Shown: positions 1 to 10,204, numbered from the stretch's first letter. The stretch: DNA of 64,000 nt from Planctomycetota bacterium (GCA_040755855.1 JBFMAD010000002.1:64001-128000), one strand, 5' to 3'. Notes: generated by a model not told the origin, from the letters alone. Made by a program: numbers and translations.

Positions 1-1
1 C

Positions 2-754
2 GTGCTCGACCGGATTGACCGGTATGGCCTATGGGAGAATACGCTGGTCATGTTGACATCCGACCACGGCCACCACCTCGGCGAGCACGGGTGGGTGGGG
101 AAGAACAAGGCCCCGTTCTTCTCGCACCTGACGAACATCCCGCTTTTTGTCTCCCTCCCGGGAATGAAGCCGAAGCTCGGCAGCCGATTGCGGATGCTGA
201 CGAGCCAGATTGACACGTATCCGACGATCGCGGAGGCGCTGGGACTGACGATCCCGCAGGGGTACACCATTCATGGATATTCCATGCTCCCGGCCCTGCG
301 GGGGAAGGCGAAGAAGATCCGCGACATCGCCCACACGGGCTACTTCGGCATGCCGGTGGTCGTCAGCGACGGGCGCTACGCCCTGCACAAGATGCCCGCC
401 CGGCCCGACAACGCGCCGCTCTGCTCCTACGGCATCAACATCGAGGCATTTCACAAACGATCGGCGAACCCTTACCGCAACGCAGAGACGGGGCGTTTCC
501 TCCCCTACACCGATGCGATCGTGTTCAAAAACACGCTCCGCGCACCCGATGCGTTTGCGGTCCCACCGAAGGGGAAGGACGGCAAACCACAGCCCGACCT
601 GCTCTTCGACCTGACGGTGGGCGACGACATCTCGCAGGACATATACAAGGACAACCCCAACATTGTGGCGCAGTTGACGAGGAAGCTCATCGAGGAGTTC
701 CATCGCCTCAAGGCCCCAACGGAGCAGTTCATGCGACTGGGACTGGATCAATGA
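2..754 (+). CDS. Sulfatase-like / alkaline phosphatase superfamily hydrolase, C-terminal part (5' truncated by window edge)
   Basis: TSDHG..LGEH metal-binding motif, IPLFV, SQIDTYPTI and LFDL motifs typical of sulfatase C-terminal half; nucleophile motif is outside the window. Confidence 0.8.
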   Translation: MLDRIDRYGLWENTLVMLTSDHGHHLGEHGWVGKNKAPFFSHLTNIPLFVSLPGMKPKLGSRLRMLTSQIDTYPTIAEALGLTIPQGYTIHGYSMLPALRGKAKKIRDIAHTGYFGMPVVVSDGRYALHKMPARPDNAPLCSYGINIEAFHKRSANPYRNAETGRFLPYTDAIVFKNTLRAPDAFAVPPKGKDGKPQPDLLFDLTVGDDISQDIYKDNPNIVAQLTRKLIEEFHRLKAPTEQFMRLGLDQ

Positions 755-2523
755 CAGAAGATAAGGATACAGCCAAGGCCCTGCCCATCGGGGTTCTTCT
801 GCTCGGGATCGTCCTGTTGGGGACGGCCCTCCGCACGATCCTGATGGTGGGCCGCGGTCAGGTGCTCGAGTTCGACGAGAACTTCTATCTGATTCTCGCG
901 CGGAACCTGTTTTCGGGTGTGGGGTATGTCCTGGACCTGTATCCCGACATCAAGTACTCGCCTTTGTTCCCTCTCGCCGCAGGGACGCTAAGCCTTCTCG
1001 TCGGCGACCTCATCTGGGCCGGGCGAATCGTCTCCATCCTGGCCGGCGCGCTGACCTGCATCCCGTTCTACCTGCTCCTCAAGCGATTGGACCGGGCGAA
1101 CGTCGCATTGATCGGCTCGCTCTTTCTGGCCGTGTTCCCGCCGATGCAGGACTTCGTCATGCACAGCGCGCGGTCGCGGGACATCCTCCACACCGGCGCC
1201 GAGCCGCCGGCCCTGTTCCTGATGATGTGGGGCGTCCTGTTTATCGTGTGGAGCGCAAAGGGCGGGCGCAAGCTCCTGGCGCTGGGCGCCGGAGCGGCGT
1301 TTGGTCTCGCCTACCTGGCTCGGCCCGAGTGCCTGCTGTATTCGCCGATGTATGCCGCGGCGATCGTGGCCCTGGCGATGGTCGCCGATCGCGCTTCGCT
1401 GCGGCATCGAATCGTCTGCGCCCTCTTGTGTATCGCAGGCACAGCGGTTGTGGCGTCTCCCTATGTGCTCTACCTGCACAAGCACACGGGGCGGTGGACG
1501 GTGAGCGGGAAGGTGCTGATCCCGAAGGCCCGGATCACCGGCGTGGACGACGTCTTCGACCGGAACGATTGGACCGAGCTGCAGGAAGACGCCTTCGCCC
1601 TAAGCCCCGACAACAAACACCTCGAAAGCACCCACTGGGGCGTGAGCGATTACCATCGAGAGAAGTACGCCGAGGAGGGGGGCGCGGGGTGGGGGCTGGG
1701 CGCGGCGCGCGTGGCCGCGAATGTTCGACGGTGCTTCAGCTCGGTCTTCTGGAACCTGTGCCCGGTCTATCTCTGGCCGTTTCTCGTCGGGGGATTCGTC
1801 CTGGCCGTCATCCGGTGTTTCACGAGCAGGGCGGCTCTCGAAAACGAGATCCTCTTGCTGGTCCTTGCCGGGCCGGGCGCGGCGCTTGCGCTCGGATATC
1901 GAATCCTGCCGCGGTACCTCCTCCCCGTCTGCTTTCTGGTGATCTACTACAGCGCCGCGGCGGCTGTGTGGCTGGCCCGGCGCGCGGCCGAGTACGGCGA
2001 CGTGGCGCAGCGGGCGCCGGCCGGGGCGCTGGCAATTGTAATGGGTGTTCACGCCCTGTGGCCTGCGATATACGCCAACGAGGCGGCCCAAGGCTGGCTC
2101 GCGTTTGCGGCAGAGCGCGGTCTGGCGGCGGAGGTCATATCCCAGCACACCGAGAAGGACTTAACGATCATGAGCTTCCATCCCCAGGCCGTCTTTCGAT
2201 CCGGCCGGCGCTGGAGGACCATGCCGCTTGCGGAGGCGAAACGGGTCTTCGAGTACGCCTGCAACACGAAGGCCGACGCCCTCATCTTCGGGCAGGACCA
2301 ACCGCCGGAATACGACTACCCGTTCCACAGGCAGGAGCGGTTTCGGTGGGTGTTGTTTGATATGCGGCCATTGCTCCAGGCCGGCGTCCCCCTCGACAAA
2401 GGCATTTTTCAGCCGGAGAAACGCATCACCAACCGAACCCCCAAGGGCGATGTTCGGTTCATGCTCATTGTAAAGGCCATCCCCGCGTCGTCGGCGCTGC
2501 AGGCCCCGAAACCTGAGCGTTAG
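751..2523 (+). CDS. GT-C fold membrane glycosyltransferase (ArnT/PMT_2-like, GT39/GT83-like)
   Basis: N-terminal TM followed by FDE..Y acidic motif, ~10-12 hydrophobic segments, LAYLARPE and PRYLLP motifs; ATGA overlap with upstream sulfatase. Confidence 0.75.
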   Translation: MTEDKDTAKALPIGVLLLGIVLLGTALRTILMVGRGQVLEFDENFYLILARNLFSGVGYVLDLYPDIKYSPLFPLAAGTLSLLVGDLIWAGRIVSILAGALTCIPFYLLLKRLDRANVALIGSLFLAVFPPMQDFVMHSARSRDILHTGAEPPALFLMMWGVLFIVWSAKGGRKLLALGAGAAFGLAYLARPECLLYSPMYAAAIVALAMVADRASLRHRIVCALLCIAGTAVVASPYVLYLHKHTGRWTVSGKVLIPKARITGVDDVFDRNDWTELQEDAFALSPDNKHLESTHWGVSDYHREKYAEEGGAGWGLGAARVAANVRRCFSSVFWNLCPVYLWPFLVGGFVLAVIRCFTSRAALENEILLLVLAGPGAALALGYRILPRYLLPVCFLVIYYSAAAAVWLARRAAEYGDVAQRAPAGALAIVMGVHALWPAIYANEAAQGWLAFAAERGLAAEVISQHTEKDLTIMSFHPQAVFRSGRRWRTMPLAEAKRVFEYACNTKADALIFGQDQPPEYDYPFHRQERFRWVLFDMRPLLQAGVPLDKGIFQPEKRITNRTPKGDVRFMLIVKAIPASSALQAPKPER

Positions 2524-3110
2524 TCCCTCGGTCGGGCGACGCAGAAGATGTAATGATGGTAGGTGGCGTAGATTTCCCTATGCTCGATGTGGAAGCGGCG
2601 GGAAAGAGCGGCGCACAGCGCCTGCCAGGGGCGGGGATGGGCGCCCCGGTCATATCGCCAGAGCAGGAGGCTGACGAGGGAGCTCGGCCAGGGAATTATG
2701 TCGCTGAGAATCACCCGGTCTCTGACGACCCGGCTGAGCTCGTCTATGAGCTGCCCCACCTGTTTGTCCGAGAGATGGTGGCACATGTTCACACACAGCG
2801 CCATATCCACGCTCTTGTCCCTCAGACAAATCTGTGTTGCGTCTCCCAACATTGCCAGTGATTCGACGCCCTGAGGGCCAAATCCCTCCAACTTCTGCGG
2901 GTCGTTGTCGAACCAGAGGTAGCAAGCCGTCTTCGGCAGCAGAGACGCGACAAGCCCCGTTCCGGCCCCGACGTCGAGGATTGTTTGACCGTCGCTTCCC
3001 GCGAGGATCGGGCGCAGGCGGCAAAGGAGCTGCCGAACGCCGCAAAAGATGCGCATCCTGTTGTATATCCACGGGTGGGCGACGATGCGGTGAAGCAGCG
3101 CCCTAAGCAA
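2520..3110 (-). CDS. Class I SAM-dependent methyltransferase
   Basis: ILDVGAGTG motif I, GDATQI, HHLSD. Confidence 0.8.
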   Translation of the reverse strand: MLRALLHRIVAHPWIYNRMRIFCGVRQLLCRLRPILAGSDGQTILDVGAGTGLVASLLPKTACYLWFDNDPQKLEGFGPQGVESLAMLGDATQICLRDKSVDMALCVNMCHHLSDKQVGQLIDELSRVVRDRVILSDIIPWPSSLVSLLLWRYDRGAHPRPWQALCAALSRRFHIEHREIYATYHHYIFCVARPRD

Positions 3111-4245
3111 GCCTCGCCTCCTTGACGGCGGCCACGACTGCGGCCTGGTCCTCCTTCGTCAGGTCGTTGTAGAACGGCAGGCGCACGAGGCGATAACTCA
3201 CGTCCTCCGCCACGGGGCAGTCTCCCGGCGTGCCCCCGAACTGCCGGCCCATGTCCGAGAGATGGAGGGGGAGGAAGTGGAAGGCGCAGCCGATGCCCTG
3301 TCCTTTGAGATGAGCGATCAGGGCCTCCTGCGCATCGGGCGAGGGGAGGAGGATGTAGAAAAGGTGATAGGGCTGCTCGCAGTAAGGCGGGACGACGGGA
3401 AGTTGGACGCCTTTGTCCTCGGCCCAGTCCTTCAGATTTTTGTAATAGGTATCCCACACGCGCCTGCGCTTCGCCTGGATCTCTTCTCGGCCTTCGAGTT
3501 GGGCATAGAGGAACGCCGCGAGGATGTCGGAGAGAAGGTAGCTGGATCCGATGTCCACCCAGGTGTATTTGTCCACCTCGCCGCGGAAGAAACTGCTGCG
3601 GTTGGTGCCTTTCTCGCGGATGATCTCGGCGCGATGGACGTAACGCAGGTCGTTGATCAGCAGCGCCCCGCCCTCGCCGCAGGTGAAGTTCTTCGTTTCG
3701 TGAAAGCTCTGCGCGGCGAGTTGGCCGAACGTCCCCAGGTACTTGCCCTTATACTTGCCGAACAGACCGTGTGCGCTGTCCTCGACGACGGGGATGCCGC
3801 GCCGGTTCGCAATGCCCAGGATCGCATCCATCTCGCTCGCCACGCCGGCGTAGTGGACGGGGACGATAGCCTTTGTGCGCGGGGTGATGAGCGCCTCTAA
3901 CTTCGACTCGTCGAGGTTCAGCGTGTCGGGCCGGATGTCGCTGAAGACCGGACGCGCCCCGCGGAGAACGAAGGCGGTTGCCGTCGTCACGAAGGTGAAC
4001 GACGGGACGATCACCTCGTCGCCGGGCTGGATGTCCAAGAGGAGCGCGGCCATCTCGAGGGCGTGGGTGCAGGAGGTGGTGAGGAGCACCTTCGGCACGC
4101 CCAGCTCGCGCTCGAAGAGTTCGGTGCACTTTTTCGTAAAGAGTCCGTCACCCGAGATGTTGCCCGTGGCGATGGACTGGGCGATATATTCCTGCTCGTT
4201 CCCCACAAAGCACGCTCGGTTGAAGGGAATCTTATGCTTCGCCAT
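3103..4245 (-). CDS. rffA: dTDP-4-amino-4,6-dideoxygalactose transaminase (DegT/DnrJ family)
   Basis: IPFN start, LTTSCTHALEM, SFHETKNFTCGEGG (PLP lysine), EKGTNRSSFFRGEVDKYTWVDIGSSY diagnostic of RffA/WecE; ATG 4245 overlaps upstream stop (TAATG). Confidence 0.9.
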   Translation of the reverse strand: MAKHKIPFNRACFVGNEQEYIAQSIATGNISGDGLFTKKCTELFERELGVPKVLLTTSCTHALEMAALLLDIQPGDEVIVPSFTFVTTATAFVLRGARPVFSDIRPDTLNLDESKLEALITPRTKAIVPVHYAGVASEMDAILGIANRRGIPVVEDSAHGLFGKYKGKYLGTFGQLAAQSFHETKNFTCGEGGALLINDLRYVHRAEIIREKGTNRSSFFRGEVDKYTWVDIGSSYLLSDILAAFLYAQLEGREEIQAKRRRVWDTYYKNLKDWAEDKGVQLPVVPPYCEQPYHLFYILLPSPDAQEALIAHLKGQGIGCAFHFLPLHLSDMGRQFGGTPGDCPVAEDVSYRLVRLPFYNDLTKEDQAAVVAAVKEARLA

Positions 4246-5006
4246 TATCCCCGCCACCACTTTCCCAGGTCCACGCCGAGTCTCTTCGCCAGGCGCTCGT
4301 TCGGCCCGGCGAAGTAATTGACGAGATATCCCCTCAACTGCGGGGAGAGGGTCGAGTCGCCCTTTTCGCCCTCGTTGATCACCTTTCCGAGCGAGGGAGG
4401 CACGAAATCCTCGGCGACGCCGAGGAAGGAATATATGTCAGATATGTCGGACCTGTCTGTCACAAGCCCCTCAAAGATGATGGCCTTCATGCGGTCCGGC
4501 GGTATGTGCCTTTCATACATCTCGATGTATTCGATGTAGCGCCCCCGCTGCAGATAGGCAAAGGGCGACACGGATGTGCGCTCGTGGTCGTACTGCTCCC
4601 GGCGCTCATCCTCCTTCTCAAACGCCTCGGCCATGGGGAGCGTCTCGAGGCCGTTCTGGACGCTGAACCAGTAGTTAGAGACGGCCCGCTCGATGGGGTC
4701 GCGCAGGAGGAAGATGATCTTCGCATCGGGGAAGGCTGCGGCGATTCGCTCCGCCGCTTTCTCCGATTCCATGTAGCTCGTGCTCTTCTCGCCGCGCACC
4801 CGGGCCCCGGGCTTGCCTTTGAAAAAATGGGCCTTGTAGAAGCCCACCCCGCGCTCGAACAGTTCGTCCATGAGGAAGAATTTCGGTTCAGGTCGGACGG
4901 GCAGGGCCATCTCGATCTCGGGATGCTCCGCCAGGAGCTGGTAGAGGTAGGTGGTGCCGGCGCGCTGCGCCCCGACGATGAAGAAGTGCTCAGTCTCCGC
5001 GCTCAA
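4245..5006 (-). CDS. PAPS-dependent sulfotransferase (Sulfotransfer_1/3, heparan-sulfotransferase-like)
   Basis: IVGAQRAGTTYL 5'-PSB loop, EPKFF, GEKSTSY, LLRDPIERAVS 3'-PB motif. Confidence 0.88.
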   Translation of the reverse strand: MSAETEHFFIVGAQRAGTTYLYQLLAEHPEIEMALPVRPEPKFFLMDELFERGVGFYKAHFFKGKPGARVRGEKSTSYMESEKAAERIAAAFPDAKIIFLLRDPIERAVSNYWFSVQNGLETLPMAEAFEKEDERREQYDHERTSVSPFAYLQRGRYIEYIEMYERHIPPDRMKAIIFEGLVTDRSDISDIYSFLGVAEDFVPPSLGKVINEGEKGDSTLSPQLRGYLVNYFAGPNERLAKRLGVDLGKWWRG

Positions 5007-5973
5007 TGGTCTCCTTCACGTGATACACGTCCGCGGCGCTGGTCTGGTTCAACAGGCGGACGGTGTACTCGCCAAGCATACTCAGGATCAGGATTGTCAC
5101 GGCGTTGAAGAACGACAGGAGAACAATCAGCGACGTCCAGCCCGGCACGCTTCGCTCGACGATCAGCCCCCGGGCGAAGTAAAAAAGCGCGAGGAGGAAA
5201 CTGATCGCCGCAACGATGAACGCCATCGTGCTCACCACGCGGAGCGGGACCGCCGAGTAGTTGAACAGTATCCGCATCACCAGCTCGGTGATCTTGAAGA
5301 CGTTGTAATTGCTCTTCCCCACCTCGCGATCTCGATGATCCACCATGACGTTCGCCCGGTTCGCCGAGAACATGAGCGCCAGGCCCGTGATGTAGGGGTA
5401 ACTCGTGCGATACGAGCAGATGCGGTCCACCACATCGCGACGGATCAGCCGAAAACTGGACATGTTCAGGTCCTTCGGCTGGTGAAAGATTCTCCGATTG
5501 ACCGCCCCGATGACGATGCTCCCCCACCGCCGATAGAGGGCGTGCTTCTTCTGCTGGAACTTGCCGACGACCAGGTCGCAGCCCTCCTTCGCCTTCTCGA
5601 TGAGGCGGATCATCTCCTCCGGCGGGTTCTGCATGTCGTCGTCGAGGGTGATCACGTAGTCGCCCGCGCTCTTGCGCAGCCCGCACAGCACCGCCGTGTG
5701 CTGGCCGTAGTTGTGCAGCAGATTCATGGCGATAAGGCGCGGATTGCCCCGGGCCTTGTCGCGGACGACCTCCCAACTCCCGTCGCGGCTGCCGTCGTTG
5801 ACCAGGATGATCTCGTAGTCGAAACCGTGCTTCTCGAAGAAGGCGCACGCCCGGTCAATCGTCGTCCCGACAATCCCCTCGCTGTTGTAAACGGGTATGA
5901 CAACGCTGTACTTGGTTCGTTTCACTTGCTCGATCATCCCATTGATCATCCGATTTAGTGCAGACAGAGTCAA
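4990..5973 (-). CDS. GT2 polyprenol-phosphate glycosyltransferase (ArnC/GtrB-like)
   Basis: SVVIPVYN, VNDGSRD, NYGQHTA, TLDDDMQNPPE, two C-terminal TM helices; true start may be 5949 or 5937. Confidence 0.88.
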   Translation of the reverse strand: MTLSALNRMINGMIEQVKRTKYSVVIPVYNSEGIVGTTIDRACAFFEKHGFDYEIILVNDGSRDGSWEVVRDKARGNPRLIAMNLLHNYGQHTAVLCGLRKSAGDYVITLDDDMQNPPEEMIRLIEKAKEGCDLVVGKFQQKKHALYRRWGSIVIGAVNRRIFHQPKDLNMSSFRLIRRDVVDRICSYRTSYPYITGLALMFSANRANVMVDHRDREVGKSNYNVFKITELVMRILFNYSAVPLRVVSTMAFIVAAISFLLALFYFARGLIVERSVPGWTSLIVLLSFFNAVTILILSMLGEYTVRLLNQTSAADVYHVKETIERGD

Positions 5974-5989
5974 GCCGAAACTGCCACGC

Positions 5990-7192
5990 CTATTCCTTCG
6001 GTTTTGTGAAACGATAGTGCGGGCGGTGGTAGGGGTCCGACTCCGCCTGCTGCCGCGCCCACGCCTCCCGCCCCATGGCGAGGACCTCCTCCATCCAGCT
6101 CCGGTTCTCGGCCGTAAGCGCCAGCCGGCCGACCATCTCCTCGATCACGTCGTTGATCTCCATGCCGGCGCACTTCTTGAGCATCCCGGCAAGGCGGCGT
6201 TTCGCAATGTCCCGCCAGGTGCGACGGACAATCTCCTCGTCCTTCAGCATCGTATCCAGCTCGTCGAGGTAGCGAAGCATTTCCTTGCGTGCATCTCCGT
6301 CGAGAGGCGTCGGCCGCTCCTCGGGCGGCGGGGGAATCTCAAACGGCACTCGCTCGAAGGACCGCACGCCGTCCTTCCCCACCTCCGCCAGCAGCAGGAA
6401 CGAATGCGCCGTGTGAGGGCCGTTGTTCTTCATATACTCCGACGTGTGCGCCTGGAAGACGAAGTTGCCGAGGGAGTAGGCGATCAGACAGCCGTGCATG
6501 AACTCGATCCCCTGCGGCACGTGGGGATGGTGCTGGAGTATGATCTTCGCCCCGGCCTCCGCGATGGCCCGCGAGTTCCTCATGCGCGGGACCGACGGCG
6601 TCGGCATGAACTCCAGGTCGGCATGGATCGAGACGACGAGCACATCCACCTCGCCTTTGTGCTTCCGCACATCCTCGACGACTGCTTCGCGCTCGTAGTA
6701 GGCATAGCTCGGGCTCGTGTGGCCGAGGGTGTAGTTGCTGTCCTCCCCGTAGCAGAGGAAGCCGAAGGCGATGCCGCCGCGCTCGATCACCTTCAGCGCC
6801 CGCGCCTCTGCCTGGGAGTACCCCACGCCGCCGGTGACAAGCCCGGCATCCTCCAGCGTCTTCTTCGTGTAGTCCATGCCGAGGCGGCCGGCGTCGAGGA
6901 CATGGTTTGCGGCCAGATTCATGAAGTCAAACTCGGCCCGCCTGATAGCCGCCGCGATTTCTTCAGCCGGCAGGCGCGAGATCAGACCTGCGGGGTCAAT
7001 CTGATTCTCCGGGAAGTCCGGGGGAATGGCCACCGACTCCATGTTGCCGAAGAGCAGGTCCGCCCGATGCAGATGGGGCAGCATCTTCTCGAAGGGCCAG
7101 CCTGCCCCATGCAGGCTCACTTGCTTATCCGTTTCGCCCCGGAAGGCGATGTCGCCCACCGCGCCGAAGGTAATCATGTCGGATGCGCTCAT
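5990..7192 (-). CDS. CapA/PGA_cap family metallophosphoesterase
   Basis: AVGDI, GNMES, NLAANHVLD, SIH, QHHPHVPQG, YSLGNFVF motifs; start placed at ATG 7192. Confidence 0.85.
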   Translation of the reverse strand: MSASDMITFGAVGDIAFRGETDKQVSLHGAGWPFEKMLPHLHRADLLFGNMESVAIPPDFPENQIDPAGLISRLPAEEIAAAIRRAEFDFMNLAANHVLDAGRLGMDYTKKTLEDAGLVTGGVGYSQAEARALKVIERGGIAFGFLCYGEDSNYTLGHTSPSYAYYEREAVVEDVRKHKGEVDVLVVSIHADLEFMPTPSVPRMRNSRAIAEAGAKIILQHHPHVPQGIEFMHGCLIAYSLGNFVFQAHTSEYMKNNGPHTAHSFLLLAEVGKDGVRSFERVPFEIPPPPEERPTPLDGDARKEMLRYLDELDTMLKDEEIVRRTWRDIAKRRLAGMLKKCAGMEINDVIEEMVGRLALTAENRSWMEEVLAMGREAWARQQAESDPYHRPHYRFTKPKE

Positions 7193-7199
7193 GGACGTG

Positions 7200-7745
7200 T
7201 CACTTCTTCGGCTCGCGATCAAAGAAGGGATTCTTTCCGGTCCCGCTCAGGGGGATGCCGAAGCATACCTTGATGTCATCGCCGAGCAGCCTCAGGTCCA
7301 TCACCGCCTGCCCAACGGTGTACATGACCCGGTTGTCCACCCGATGGTCCATCGCTACGGAGCAGGCGGACCCGACTGCGATGCCCAGGTCACCGGAGTT
7401 GAAAATACACGGGTGGTTTGGGTGCTTTTCCCTTTCCCCGCAGTTGGGGAACCCGCACATGCCGCACTTCTTCAGGCCCATTGACTTGATCTTTGTGCCG
7501 AGCAGGATCATCACCGGGGCGCGCAGGATGTTCTCCGCGTCGCGGGCGAAGAAGGCCATGTCATACTCCTTGGCAATTTCCTTCATGCGGTTGGAGATCT
7601 TCCTGATCTCGTCGCCCTCCGCCAGCGCCAGCACCAGATTGTCCTCGCCCCGCCCCTTCGGCGCCGTGCGGGCGGCGAGGAGCATCTCTGTCGCCACCTC
7701 TCGCAACGCCTCCGCGTTCAATTCTTCTTCTCGCACAATTCCCAT
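7200..7745 (-). CDS. DUF2148 ferredoxin-domain protein (nitroreductase-like fold)
   Basis: AARTAPKGRG, CGMCGFPNC, DLGIAVGSA, VDNRVMY, KNPFFDR. Confidence 0.8.
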   Translation of the reverse strand: MGIVREEELNAEALREVATEMLLAARTAPKGRGEDNLVLALAEGDEIRKISNRMKEIAKEYDMAFFARDAENILRAPVMILLGTKIKSMGLKKCGMCGFPNCGEREKHPNHPCIFNSGDLGIAVGSACSVAMDHRVDNRVMYTVGQAVMDLRLLGDDIKVCFGIPLSGTGKNPFFDREPKK

Positions 7746-7769
7746 CGCATTCCTCCTTTCGCAATTGCG

Positions 7770-8834
7770 TCAAAGATCCCACGGCCGGTCGGGCAGGTTG
7801 AACTGCTCGGCCAGCCATTGATACGCCAGTCGGATGGACTCCTCCGTCGGCTGATGGCCCGTGCCATGGTCGAAGCAGCCGACGGCGTCCTTCTTATTAT
7901 ACAGTTCGTACACCTGCTGCGCCGCCTGGATGTACTGCCAGCTCGCCGGCCGGTCCGCCTGCCCCGCGATCACAAGAAAGGACCGCGGCGCGTGCAGCGC
8001 CAGCAGGTGATGATGCGCCAATGGGAAGTCGGGTTTGTGAATCTGTTCGCCCAGATACCACGGCGCATCCCAGTTGGTGAAGTTCCACCCTATACCAAAG
8101 TCCGACCCGATGATCGCCGTGCCCCGTTCGTCGAGGCAGCCGGTGTAGAACGCCATCTTGCCGCCGAGGGAATGACCGATGATAAGAATGCGGTCTCGGT
8201 CAATGTCCGGTTGCTCCAGGAGCAGGTCCACCGCGCGGCTCGTGTCCCAGATCAGCCGGCCCATCCCCGTCCAGTTGGGATTATCCGCAAGCAACTTCTT
8301 TGCCGCCGCCTTCCACCAGGCGAAGCCCTCCTCGGTTCCGGGGTCGGGCACGGTGTTGTAGGGGAACGCCTCCGTGCAGACGACGACGTACCCCTGCTGC
8401 ACGAGGTGGCGGCCGAACTGCACAAGGGGACGCTCAGTTTGCGGCTCGCCCTTCTCCGCATCGTACCCACACATGAGGTAGGGGTGGTAGAAGGGGATGA
8501 CCGCACCCGGACGCGGCGAACGGGGCGTCTTGCGCGGGACCATAAGCACGAGAAGCTGGCGGATGTCCGGGGCGACCGGCTGGCGGAAGATTGTACCGAT
8601 GTAATCCGGCTGCTCGAAGGCGCCGATGATCTCGGCGGTCCGGTCGAAGTCGCCGAAAGACGGCTTGCCGAGGACCTTGTCCCACTGCACGCGGAGGTCA
8701 TTGCGAACCTTCTCCCAGATATCCATCGTCGGCTCGACGCCCTTGGGGAAGATCGGCCTCAGCTTCTGGTCCTCTCCGAGGTCGCCATAGGCCGGGACAC
8801 TCAACTTCCGTGAGATAATTCGTTCTCGCGGCAT
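7770..8834 (-). CDS. Alpha/beta hydrolase (dienelactone hydrolase/acetyl esterase-like)
   Basis: GHSLGG nucleophile elbow, AGQAD acid, GH near C-terminus. Confidence 0.8.
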   Translation of the reverse strand: MPRERIISRKLSVPAYGDLGEDQKLRPIFPKGVEPTMDIWEKVRNDLRVQWDKVLGKPSFGDFDRTAEIIGAFEQPDYIGTIFRQPVAPDIRQLLVLMVPRKTPRSPRPGAVIPFYHPYLMCGYDAEKGEPQTERPLVQFGRHLVQQGYVVVCTEAFPYNTVPDPGTEEGFAWWKAAAKKLLADNPNWTGMGRLIWDTSRAVDLLLEQPDIDRDRILIIGHSLGGKMAFYTGCLDERGTAIIGSDFGIGWNFTNWDAPWYLGEQIHKPDFPLAHHHLLALHAPRSFLVIAGQADRPASWQYIQAAQQVYELYNKKDAVGCFDHGTGHQPTEESIRLAYQWLAEQFNLPDRPWDL

Positions 8835-8846
8835 GGATTTCCTTCT

Positions 8847-9629
8847 CTATAGTTCGAGTATCATACCGTCGTCGGCGATGAAGACCTTGTCGCCGAGAAT
8901 GGACTCGGCCTTTCGCAGCTCTCGTTCGGGATCGTCGAGGATCGCGCGGCCGTGGTGGATAAAGCCCAGCCGGGCCACATCCTTTTTTGCATCCTTCAGA
9001 TATCCGCACACGTCCTCTACCTTGTGGTGTCCGGTCTCCATGAGGAACAGATCGCAGCCGTCGAGGAGCGGGTCCAGCTCGCGGACATCCTTCACATCCC
9101 CCGAATAGACGATGCTCTTCCCCTCCGCCTCTATGCGGAAGGAAAACGATTGCCACGCGCCGTCCGCCTCGCCAAGATGTTCATTGTGCATTGCAATGAC
9201 CTTCAGGCCGTCCGCGTCGTAGATCGCCCCATCGGCGTAGTCCGTGGCGTCAATGGTGAAGTTGATCTTAAATGCCCCCTCCGTTTCCTGGAGTATGTCG
9301 AGCACCCCAGCCCACGCTGTCAGGTTCGGGATCAAGATCTTGACCGTCTTGCCTGAGATGCGCCTTGCGGGGTCTTTTGTCAGACCGTTCACCTTCCGAA
9401 TCGTCCAGAGGAGGTTCGGCAGGCCGCCGATGTGGTCCATGTGCGTGTGGGTGATGAAGATGGCCCGCGTAGCGAGGAGGTCAATGCGCATCAGGTGGGC
9501 CGTGTAGGAGCAGCACTCCCCCGCGTCGAACCAATAGACCCCGCTCGGCCGTTCGATGGTGAATGACACGTGGTGCCGGCCCGGCATGGGTTCCGTACCG
9601 CTGCATGTGCCGAGGCAGGTCAACTTCAT
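8847..9629 (-). CDS. MBL-fold metallo-hydrolase (RNase Z/AtsA-like)
   Basis: MKLTCLGT start (ATG 9629), FDAGE, THTHMDHIGG, YSGD; N-terminal extension in ORF track overlaps the TrmH gene and is spurious. Confidence 0.82.
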   Translation of the reverse strand: MKLTCLGTCSGTEPMPGRHHVSFTIERPSGVYWFDAGECCSYTAHLMRIDLLATRAIFITHTHMDHIGGLPNLLWTIRKVNGLTKDPARRISGKTVKILIPNLTAWAGVLDILQETEGAFKINFTIDATDYADGAIYDADGLKVIAMHNEHLGEADGAWQSFSFRIEAEGKSIVYSGDVKDVRELDPLLDGCDLFLMETGHHKVEDVCGYLKDAKKDVARLGFIHHGRAILDDPERELRKAESILGDKVFIADDGMILEL

Positions 9630-10162
9630 CGCCTGGGGCCTCCTTGGGCCAGGATTTGCTGGATTGCGGTGTAGAGCACCGCCGCCGCGCAGTTGGCGAC
9701 GTTGAGGGAATTCTTCCGCCCGAAGACAGGGAGTTTCGCGATCACGTCGCACTCCTTCAGCGCGTCCTTCTCGACGCCGAGCGCCTCGTTGCCGAGGACA
9801 AAGGCGACGGGGAACTGGAGGGCTACATCCCATATATTCTCCGCCCCCTCTACCGTCTCGATGCCCACCATCTGATAGCCCTCCTGCTTCAGCGAGCGCA
9901 CCGCCTCGATGCTCGTCTCGAAATGCTCGAAGGCGACGACCTTGTCCGTTCCGAGGGCGGTCTTTGCCAGCTTCGGGTGGGGCGGGGTGGCGGTGTAGCC
10001 GCAGGTTACGATGCGCTCGACGCCGCACACATCGGCCAGCCGGAACAGGTTCCCCACGTTGAACGCGCTGCGCAGGTTGTCGAGGACGAGGACAATGGGA
10101 TGCTTCGTCACCGGGCCGTCGGTGTCGCCGATCTGCACTCGGATGTCGTTGCTATTATTCAT
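9626..10162 (-). CDS. SpoU/TrmH family RNA methyltransferase
   Basis: LDNLRSAFNVGNLFR, LGNEALG, SLNVA SPOUT motifs; start uncertain (ATG 10162 chosen). Confidence 0.88.
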   Translation of the reverse strand: MNNSNDIRVQIGDTDGPVTKHPIVLVLDNLRSAFNVGNLFRLADVCGVERIVTCGYTATPPHPKLAKTALGTDKVVAFEHFETSIEAVRSLKQEGYQMVGIETVEGAENIWDVALQFPVAFVLGNEALGVEKDALKECDVIAKLPVFGRKNSLNVANCAAAVLYTAIQQILAQGGPRR

Positions 10163-10204
10163 GATGAGAACGCTATTGCGCAACATGATCCCAACGCGGG
10201 CGAC

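Noticed and set aside
5990..7192. Poly-gamma-glutamate capsule locus
   Set aside because: Only a CapA-domain gene is present; no capB/capC nearby.
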